A DNA stretch of 64,000 bases, taken from assembly GCF_006345805.1 (NCBI RefSeq), contig NC_043017.1, forward strand, positions 24,614,001-24,678,000. The letters run 5' to 3'. Source of the DNA: Octopus sinensis (taxonomy: Eukaryota). The notes under the pieces are model-generated. The model was given only the letters and a program-made list of their open reading frames with translations, made no database searches and had not been told where the DNA came from. The position numbers and the translations under genes are program-made. Below are positions 34,516 through 64,000 of the stretch, piece after piece. Position 1 is the first letter of the stretch. Every line of letters begins with the position of its first letter.

Positions 34516-36944
34516 CTCTTTTACTTGTTTCAGTCATTTGACTGAGGCCATGCTAGAGCACCGCCTTTAATCGAGCAACTCGACCCCGGGACTTATTCTT
34601 TTGTAAGCCCAGTACTTATTCTATCGGTCTCTTTTGCCGAACCGCTAAGTAACGGGGACATAAACACACCAGCATCGGTTGTCAACCAATGCTAGGGGGA
34701 CAAACACAGACATACACGCATATATATATACATATATACGATGGGCTTCTTTCAGTTTCCGTCTACCAAATCCACTCACAAGGCTTTGGTTGGCCCGAGG
34801 CTATAGTAGAAGACACTTGTCCAAGGTGCCACGCAGTGGGACTGAACCCGGAACCATGTGGCTGGTAAACAAGCTACTTACCACCCAGCCACTCCTGGTA
34901 AATTCTTTTGTCAATGAAATCCGTTTTAGTTTCAATTTTCACTTGGAAGAGATTCGCTTCCTCTGAGACAGTATCTTTGTCACCATCGCCGCCACCACCA
35001 CCACCACCATCATCATTAATATTATTATGGTGACGAGCTAGAAGATTTGCTAGTATGCCAGGTAAAAAGCTTAGCAGCATTTTGTCCATCTTTACGTTCC
35101 TAGTTAAAAATCCGTCAAGGTCAACTTCACCTAAATCTGTGAATTAGATGATCGCTTTCCAAAAATGATTCTTGATTTAGTACCATTAGAAGCGACAACA
35201 ACATGAAGTATTTGAAATGTGTTACAAGGCTTGAAACAGAATATTTAAAGGAGAATTTGACCGAAATTTTATTGCGTTCTGTTCTAATGGAATGAGTGGT
35301 GTGGAGGAATGAAAGGAGACATCAGAACTGAAAGTGATGTCACATCAAGTGGTAGGGCATTTGAACAGGGCAACAGATATGAAAAATAAGGACATAATCC
35401 CTCTGCAGGCCCTGGAAGACGGTTTTGAAGGCTAACATTCTAGGAGTGGCTGTGTGGTAAGTAGCTTGCTAACCAACCACATGGTTCCGGGTTCAGTCCC
35501 ACTGCGTGGCATCTTGGGCAAGTGTCTTCTGCTATAGCCCCGGGCCGACCAATGCCTTGTGAGTGGATTTGGTAGACGGAAACTGAAAGAAGCCCGTCGT
35601 ATATATGTATATATATGTGTTTGTGTGTGTGTGTGTTTGTCCCCCTAGCATTGCTTGACAACCGATGCTGGTGTGTTTACGTCCCCGTTACTTAGCGGTT
35701 CGGCAAAAGAGACCGATAGAATAAGTACTGGGCTTACAAAGAATAAGTCCCGGGGTCGATTTGCTCGACTAAAGGCGGTGCTCCAGCATGGCCGCAGTCA
35801 AATGACTGAAACAAGTAAAAGAGTACTGTTCCCATTATTTTGTCCAACCCCTGTATTTCAATTAAGCTTTGTGATACTAATAACCTGGTGTGGAACTCGA
35901 TATGTGTACGCTTCTGCATGAAGCATTAGTCGAGCAGTAAGAGGAAAAAAGAAATGACACAGCAATAAACGATTATCTAACAGCTGTTTCTGCTCTAGGG
36001 TGTGGTAGAGTATCAAATATTATTCAGGAGAGCACACACAGATCCTTACCGTTGTTTAAGGTTTATATTTACATGCATGCATGGGTCAGGCAGATTTTCT
36101 TCAGCTGATTGCCCTTCCTGTTACCAGCCCTCCTCTGTTTCCAAGCAAGGTAATATTTCCTCATAGCCAGACATGTTTTCATGGAAGATTGGAAATGAAG
36201 GACATTACTAGTATGACAGAGATGCTCTTTTACAATTATAAGGCTATGTGAAGACGAGACAAAACATGAACATACACACATATATCTCTCTTTTACTTGT
36301 TTCAGTCATTTGACTGCGGCCATGCTGGAGCACCGCCTTTAGTCGAGCAACTCGACCCCGGGACTTATTCTTTTTGTAAGCCCAGTACTTACTCTATCGG
36401 TCTCTCTTTGCCGAACCGCTAAGTGACGGGGACGTAAACACACCAGCATCGGTTCTCAAGCAATGCTAGGGGAACAAACACAGACACACAAACACACACA
36501 CATACATATATATATATATACATATATACGACAGGCTTCTTTCAGTTTCCGCCTACCAAATCCACTCACAAGGCATTGGTCGGCCCGAGGCTATAGCAGA
36601 AGACACTTGCCCAAGATGCTACGCAGTGGGACTGAACCCAGAACCATGTGGTTGGTAAGCAAGCTACTTACCACACAGCCACTCCTATGTGTATATTCTT
36701 TTATTCTTTTACTTCTTTCAATCATTTGACTGTGGCTGTGCTGGAGCACTGCCTTAAGAGGTTTTGAACAAATCAACCCCAGGACTTATTCTTTCTAAGC
36801 CTAGTACTTACAGCTTTATCAGGACCTAGGTTCTGCTGAATCTGTAGCAGTTACTCAGGCACTTAACTATGAGCAAGTCCAACAGAATAAGTTCATAAGA
36901 TAAGCATTTATTCCTCTATCTTCTATTTTTCCTTATATATACAC

Positions 36945-37003
<59 letters not shown>

Positions 37004-37461
37004 CACATATATATATACATACACGCATCCACACACACACATGTTACACACTTACACATATATATATGAATATACATATATAATATATTACACACATACA
37101 TAAATATGCTAGATTCAGTTCAGCTGGCTTTATTCCCTGCTTGGCGTCTTGTGGAAAGGAATCAATATATTCAAACAATTACACTTTTGGCATTTTTCCC
37201 ACTGCCAAAATAAGAACTGCTCTATACACACACGTGCCATGCCACCTCTCACTTCATTTATTATTTAATCTCTCAAAGATCTCGTTTATCCTTGTCATAT
37301 CTGCTTTTATTTTCATGATTTTCTGGAACAAATGAACCATCCTTAGAAAGAAAATATATCATTTTTTTAAAAAATCTCTACAATGCACTTGAAATATGTT
37401 TTTACATCACAAGCACACACACACAAATATGTATATACACACACTCATATACATATATACG

Positions 37462-37493
<32 letters not shown>

Positions 37494-38381
37494 AATATAT
37501 ATATATATGTATATACATACATATAGAGACATATATGAACATATATTTACACACACATATATATAGACATATATATATATGTAAGTATGTATGTGTATAT
37601 AGATGGATAGATATACATATATATATATGCATATATACATATGTATACATACATATACATATAGACATATATATATATATATATATACATACATACATAT
37701 ACACACACACACACACATATATAGAGAGAGTTTGCTTGTGTAGATATATGAAGAACAGTAATGAGCTAGTCACCATCATTTATTTATTTCTTGATGGAGA
37801 GTTTTTTATCCCAAAATATTGAATATACAGTAAAGTGTAACCTTATTTTTCTTTTCATTTCCAATTTTCATTCTCAATGGCTTTTAAAGAACAATTTTAA
37901 TAACTCTAGTACATGATCCGTTATTCAAACTACATTATTCCAATACACAAGATGCAGGCACGGCTCTTTACTCTTTTTACTCTTTTACTTGTTTCAGTCA
38001 TTTGACTGCGGCCATGCTGGAGCACCGCCTTTAGTCGAGCAAATCGACCCCGGGACTTATTCTTTGTAAGCCCAGTACTTATTCTATCGGTCTCTTTTGC
38101 CGAACCGCTAAGTTACGAGGACGTAAACACACCAGCATCGGTTGTCAAGCAATGCTAAGGGGACAAACACAGACATACAAACATATACACACACACATAT
38201 ATATATATATATATACATATATACGACAGTCTTCTTTCAGTTTCCGTCTACCAAATCCACTCACAAGGCATTGGTCGGCCCGGGGCTATAGCAGAAGACA
38301 CTTGCCCAAGGTGCCCCGCAGTGGGACTGAACCTGGAACCATGTGGTTGGTTAGCAAGCTACTTACCACACAGCCACTCCT
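34516..38381. mobile_element. Cluster of four near-identical young SINEs: 34516-34896 (-), 35442-35823 (+), 36288-36686 (-), 37981-38381 (-)
   Basis: Direct visual alignment; CpGs retained. Confidence 0.85.
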
Positions 38382-39622
38382 GTGCCTATGTACGGCTGTG
38401 TAGTTAAGAAATGTACTTCCTAACCGCATAGTCATGAGTTCAGTCCTACTGCATGGTACCTTGGACAAATGTTTTCTATTACACCTCCAGGTCAGTCAAA
38501 GCCTTGTGGGTTGATTTGGTAGATGGAAACTTAAAAAATCTTGTCATACAGGCACAGGTGTGACTATGTAGTAAAAAGCTTGCTTTCCAACCACTTGGTT
38601 CTGGGTTCAGTCCCACTGCATGGCACCTTGAGCAAGTGTCTTCTACTATAACCTTGGGCTGACCGAAGCCTTATGAGTGGATTTGGTAGACAGAAACTGA
38701 AAGAAGCTCATCACACGTACTCATATGTATGTGTTTATGTGTGTGGGTCAGTGTTTGTCCCCACTCTCACCATCACTTGACAACCAATACTGGTGTGTTT
38801 ACGTCCCCGTAACTCAGCGGTTCAGCAAAAGAGACTGATAGAATAAGTATTAGCCTTAGAAAGAGTAAGTCCTGGGGTGGATTTGTTCAACTGAAACCCC
38901 TAAAGGCAGTGCTCCAGCATGGCCACAGTCAAATGATTGAAACAAATAAAACAATATACACACATATGTGTGTGTGTGTTTGTATCTATTACATCCCCTT
39001 TTTAAAAAGATGTTTGACTGCTATTTCTAGCAGGTCGAGCAGATGCGTAGAGAATCCGCTGTTGGCTCGAAAAATTTGGTGCATTGTGTGGAAATAAAAA
39101 AATTTGGGTTAGGGGGGGGAGGTTTACATTCGATATAGTTCAACCCCAACCTTGTCTACAGTTAACAACAACCTGCCTTGCACTACGAAGCGCTTTTAAT
39201 TTGATTTAAGATAAGCTTTTGTTAAATTAATTGTGTCTTTATACATCATATAAAGCCAATAACATACTCTTCCAATAAACTATATAATTACATCTTTCTC
39301 AAGAATTTGGGGATTTCCCGCTTCACACTTGAATTTTTATCTCCCTTTTTTCTGTGGTAAAAGTATCTCTGATCAATGCTTCTTTCATAATATCCGTGTG
39401 ATTTTTATTGGCCACAATCGAATAATGTGTCTATATTTATAACTACTTACGATGGGGAAATATATTTCTCATAGCCTATTAAAAATGAAACGACTAATTT
39501 AAATTTTAAAAAAGTTGGCCTCTTTTATTTGTGGGGAATTACATAATTATCACTTCTTTTACAGTGTTTAAATAAAATTCATGGGGGGGAAAAAAGAAGA
39601 TTGGGTTTATTTATATAGAAAT

Positions 39623-39766
39623 ATAAGGTTGTCCCAAAAGTTCGTAGAAAGTCTTGGAAAATAATGGTCTTTATTTTGAGGAATAATTTTTGTTGTTTTT
39701 GTTAGTACTTGGCGAGTAAAAATTCAATTTTCGCAAGTGTTTACGAACTTTTGGGACAACCTAATA
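39623..39766. mobile_element. Tc1/mariner MITE with 21-bp perfect TIR
   Basis: AGGTTGTCCCAAAAGTTCGTA (39626-39646) / TACGAACTTTTGGGACAACCT (39742-39762). Confidence 0.85.
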
Positions 39767-39971
39767 GCTAAAATTTTCTGTTTATAATTATACCATATGT
39801 AACATATAAATTATTATCAACAATTAAGTCATTTACTTTTTGATTACTATGTCCTACTCCCGTCATGTTACAAAATGTTTTCATGTATTTCATCAATTCT
39901 AATATTTATTTTTACTTAGTGTTTGTCAACATGTTATCAGGCGGGAAATGAAGTAGACAATTCAAACTGTG

Positions 39972-40026
<55 letters not shown>

Positions 40027-40059
40027 TATATATTATGATGCATACCAACACTGCCATCG

Positions 40060-40612
40060 ACTTCGTTTCCTCATAATTTGTTTTGAAAAAAAATTTTATC
40101 TGTGGATAGGGAGTAGAGTTTCGGAAGATTCACACGAGTTAGGTTTGTTTTGAAAAAAAATTTTATCTGTGGATAGGGAGTAGAGTTTCGGAAGATTCAC
40201 ACGAGTTAGGTTTGTTTCCTCATAACTTCTAGAAAAATCGATATTTTTCGATGAACTTTTCAGAGTAAGATTACATGAAAGAGAAAAAAAGAAAGGTGGG
40301 CTTGCACACAACGTATATATCTATAAAATGAAACTGGAAATATTGAAAAGAAAATTGTGATGTGTGGGTGTTCCCCATTTTTCTTTTCCCACTAAATTCC
40401 GATCTAATCGTAATTTACACATTCCGAAAGGCATTTGTAGAAAACTTCATTTAAAAAGGCTCAAAACCGATTGGTGTTGATTTTCCTTTCCCCACAGCTC
40501 GGAAAAAATTTCTCCACAACAAAATTTGGTATATTCTATACCATATAAAACGTATTTGTAGAAAATATCATAAAAAAATATCCATTGCTCTGGAAGTTAT
40601 GAGGAAACAAAC
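40060..40612. mobile_element. MITE with GTTTCCTCATAACTT/AAGTTATGAGGAAAC ends, containing a 67-bp perfect tandem duplication (40077-40217)
   Basis: Related copy at about 7935-8215; duplicated unit TTTGTTTTGAAAAAAAATTTTATCTGTGGATAGG...GAGTTAGG. Confidence 0.65.
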
Positions 40613-42489
40613 TCGAAGGGGCAAATTCGTGTAGTAATGCCTGTATTATATAATTAGATGATGACTTAGCAAGTCGAAACTTCAAAGTCACTGTCAATGG
40701 ACTTCTTGTGATAGAATATGTAGTCTACAAAAAATTGTATGTAAAATATTTATGACTTAAAAATACAATCATTGCGTATCCTAATATATGGAAATTTCTT
40801 TCGAGATGAAGAGAAGTTTTTATATAAAAGCGCAGATTTCCTCTCAGGTTTCTATTTTTAAAAAGGATCGGAGTATACGGAAAAAGATAAACCTGGAGTT
40901 TTCTCCAATTTTCCAGAGGTATGCAACTTAAAGGAAATACAAGTTTTGGACACTTTAGTAGAATATAATTTAGCTGGGCTAATCCAGTTAACATTGGAGT
41001 TTCTCCCCCGATCTGAATCCGGTTAGTCGGACTATTCTGACTGACCAGCTTTGACGTCAAGGAGACTCCGGAGAAACAGTCAAGTACATCGGTATACGCA
41101 CACATGTGTGTACGTGTGTGTGATAATCCCAAACTTAACGCGGGATAACCCGCTCTGCGTATGTCACTCCGAATATAAAAGAGAAGCTATTGGTTGTCTT
41201 TCAATTAGTAAGGTCAACCTTTCCGATTGACCGCAGGAAATCAATCATTAAGTCGGATTGATCAGGTCTGATTTCACATCTTTAAGGTGGATGAAATATA
41301 TATATTTAAATAAGGATAGGATGGTTTGAATATTCTGAGAAGGACGTTTTATTATTTTTTCCGTGAAACAAAAAGCCAGAATCGATAGATTTTTTATTTA
41401 ATAACCCAAACTGAGTAATATTTGAAAATTAGACACATAACTGTAGATTTCGAAGAAGGGGATAAGATAGACAATTCAACCCTGGTATTTTATTTTAAGC
41501 AAAGCTGACATCAGAAAGGTTTAAACAGGAACGTAAATTAAAATCAGCACATGAAAATAATTCCATTATTTTATAATAAAATAATTACATGTAAAGAAAG
41601 GAAACTAAATTAATTGTATAAGCAGGGGATCTTTCGAAAAGATCCTAAGCAGGCCCTAGTTAAAAACTGATGCAAGTCAGTTCACGTCTGGTAAAATATT
41701 TTATCAGTGCAGAATCAAAAATACTTTGTAACGATGTAGTGGTGTCTCTATTCCGAAAATAAATACATTGCTGAAAAGAAATGTGATACACATAAGAAAA
41801 ATATCAGCGAGATACAAGTGGATTTTAATATTATGAACACATCTCTTGTACAAACATGAGAAGGCATTATTATATTCTACAAGTATAGTTACTGAGGATA
41901 ATTCCTGGGAAACCGGATAAATAGTAAAACGTGTAGATTAAAAGGTTGAGAAAAAAAACCCATAAAGTAGAGTTAGTAAAAGAAAGCAATCATAAATGAA
42001 AGAAGCTAGAAGGTAGATGGACTTGAAACAAACTATTTTGGTAGTTGGCTTCAAGTTTAAATCCAGGACAGCGATTTTGAGTGACAAACAGATGATAAAG
42101 AAGCTGTTTTGTTTAATAAAAAATTCTCCCTTTCTTTATCAAGTTTGAAACAAAATAGCAGTCGCTGAGCTGATTATTACCGGGTAGGAAAAAAAAGAGA
42201 TCTGGCACACGCCTGGTCTCAAGAAGGAGAATTAGAAACCGCTAAATTGACAAAGAGGCTGATTTATAAAAGTGTTTAACATAGACTGAATTTCCGGTGT
42301 CGCTTCAGATTCACAAAAAAAAAAGATATTAAAGAAAAAAATAGTTTCCATAACTAGAAATTATCTAACTGATGAATCAGTATAATTATTTTTATCTAAA
42401 CCCCTGTACATTTACTGTAATATGTCTTATTATATCTATATATGAATAGATTTATTTAAAAAAAAAAAAGAAAAAGATAAGAAAATGAT

Positions 42490-42550
42490 ATGCGCAAACT
42501 CGCGTTTGATGACGTCACACTGATGAGGTCGGGTCGGCCATTTTGTAACG
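42490..42550 (+). promoter_or_regulatory. Core promoter of PP2A-C copy 2
   Basis: Full CRE palindrome TGACGTCA (42510-42517) and YY1-like CGGCCATTTTG (42535-42545), CpG-containing, about 200 nt before the ATG and after an A-rich tract. Confidence 0.65.
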
Positions 42551-42745
42551 TCTTATAGAGTTGGCTTGATTGACCTCGGGAACAGAATTTTGTTGGTTTT
42601 TGCCAAGTGAATATAGGCTTGACAATCCATTGAAACTCTTCTTGACTGGTTCCTCTTATTCACTTTCCGTTTCATTCTGTGTAAAGTGCCAGCCAACATA
42701 ACAAATAAAAAAGAAATAAGAGACTATTGAATAAAACCGAAAAAA

Positions 42746-62204
<19,459 letters not shown>

Positions 62205-63498
62205 GTAAGTATATATTTTTTTAACAATTATAAATGTGGATTGTTACTACGCTTGAGCTTTTTGTAGAAAAATTTTAGCCGATATTTTCAGAATTGTTGG
62301 CTATTATTAAGATATTGTGTATCTAGAGTGGTTACTTGTTTGTTCTTTTTACATCAGTAGATGTCTGGTTTCAGAGAAGGAAGTTTAACTTGCTACATGT
62401 GAATATTACTTGGCTAAATAAATAGAGTAGTATTTAAATAACTGGATAATTATTAGTCAAAGATAAAAACTGAGTAGTTATCTCTTCTATATTTCTGGTC
62501 GAGAAGCTTAGCATTCCCGCAGGGCAAATTGCCAGGCTTATTTTGCTGTATGAATCAACAGTGTGGTTGATAAGAATGAAATGTTTCATGTTGCTAGATT
62601 GTTGGAATGAGTGAAGATACGGTGTAATTTTGAAATAAGGATTCATTTGTACTTGTAGAAACAGTTAAAAATGACCTCAAAGAATTATTGAGTAGTTGCC
62701 ATTAATTTATTGAATGACAATTGGCAGTGCTCTGCTCTGTTTCAAGCTGTAAGCAACAAATGCGATGGGAGTAAAACATTTTGCAGATATGGAGCCAGCA
62801 GAAATTTCCTATGATGGCACCTGTGCAGGTGGCACGTAAAAAGCACTCATTACACTCACAGAGTGGTTGGCGTTAGGAAGGGCATCAAGCTGTAGGAACA
62901 CTGCCAGATCAGACTGGGCCTGTTGCAGCCTTATGGCTTCCTAGACTCCAGTTGAACCGTCCAACCCATGCTAGCATGGAAAGCGGACGTTAAACGATGA
63001 TGATGATGGTTGTAAGGCTTGAAAGCATCAGGAATGATTAATGTTAGATGAGCAGTTACCTGCTCAGGGTGGCAAGATTTTGTTGGAATGTATCTTATTC
63101 ATTGACTAGCAGTGTAACAGAACAAGTGTCGCTTGAAGCTAATTGATCAAATTAAGAAATTAAAAAAGAATATAGTACCAGGTAGATCTGGTACTACTTT
63201 AGCCCATTAGCTTTTAAACGGGTCATATCAGTCCCAAATATTCTATCTGTTTTATATTCAAACTAGCCAGAGTTGGCCTCTCATATCTGCTCTACAATGT
63301 CATAACTAAATATATATACAATCACATCATCAGTATTTCAAAGTTATGAGATAATATATGGTTAATTCAAAACTGTGAAATAAGTATTACATTTGGCAGA
63401 TGGCAGAATAATCTGAATCCTAAAGGGTTATTGCTTGGATAGTGGTTGTTAGTTTTATATTAGGACATGCTATATTTTTGGGTGACTTGCTTGCCAGA

Positions 63499-63532
<34 letters not shown>

Positions 63533-64000
63533 ACGGCTGTAAGAGCCATATTATTTGCCTCAGCCTGTTACTGGGAGTTACCAGTGGCAACCACATATTT
63601 CATGCTGTTACACAGCATAGTATAATTGTGCAAGGAAATGTTTTGTTTCTTGTTTTTGTTTTTTGTTTCCCTTCATTTTTACAATATTTTCATGATTAAA
63701 CAATAATATTTAGCACTCATGTTATTGAAATATCCTCAAAACCATGTCAGAGATACAGAATAAAATGTTTTCTAAAACCATGAGAATGTATCACCAGTGA
63801 TGCATATGACAGTTGTGTGAAAGCTTGCTATGATTGTACATGCAGCAGTTAATATGTTATGGATCAGTGTGGAATTTAATTACTCAAAGCCATTGAGGTG
63901 TTTGTAACTAGATACATTTGGAAATTTCTTTCTGCTGATTTGTCCTCGTTCCATTAATCGATTAAATTGCAGATGTAGGGTATTTGAAAAAGGATTAACT

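Noticed and set aside
40725-41132. 135-aa minus-strand ORF
   Set aside because: TTG start, no recognisable domain or splice structure, and AT-rich codon content.
40600-42500. Remnant of a duplicated RACK1 5' end upstream of copy 2
   Set aside because: No RACK1-like peptide or nucleotide similarity was found by eye.
42521-42545. CTGATGA-GGTC..GGCC as a hammerhead in the copy 2 promoter
   Set aside because: It is followed by ATTT rather than GAAA, and is better explained as overlapping the YY1 motif.

Overview
AT-rich, intron- and repeat-rich eukaryotic DNA. The SINE, MITE and LINE families look like octopus (coleoid cephalopod); this is an inference from recognising the repeats. Three protein-coding genes are present. 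(1) The 5' part of RACK1 lies on the minus strand (exons 1-3; the rest runs off the left edge), and its intron 3 holds two box C/D snoRNAs, one a SNORD96-like guide for 5.8S rRNA. (2) A complete 7-exon, 310-aa PP2A catalytic-subunit paralog (copy 1, 7005-31632, +) starts head-to-head with RACK1, 696 bp away. It keeps every catalytic residue but is strongly remodelled in exons 4-7 and in the regulatory tail (VPDYFL instead of TPDYFL). (3) A canonical PP2A-C gene (copy 2, exons 1-4, 42746-62204, +, cut by the right edge) lies in tandem downstream with its own CRE/YY1 promoter. The two PP2A copies are a sequence mosaic: about 70/84/95/67% nucleotide identity for exons 1-4 (hand counts), with alignable intron upstream of exon 3 only, suggesting gene conversion or chimerism. 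The remainder is tRNA-derived SINEs, hAT/mariner/piggyBac MITEs, a Helitron, remnants of Merlin, CRE, R4/Dong-like, RTE and Penelope elements, and microsatellites. Most ORFs in the supplied track are repeat or microsatellite artefacts. All counts were made by eye, with no tools.
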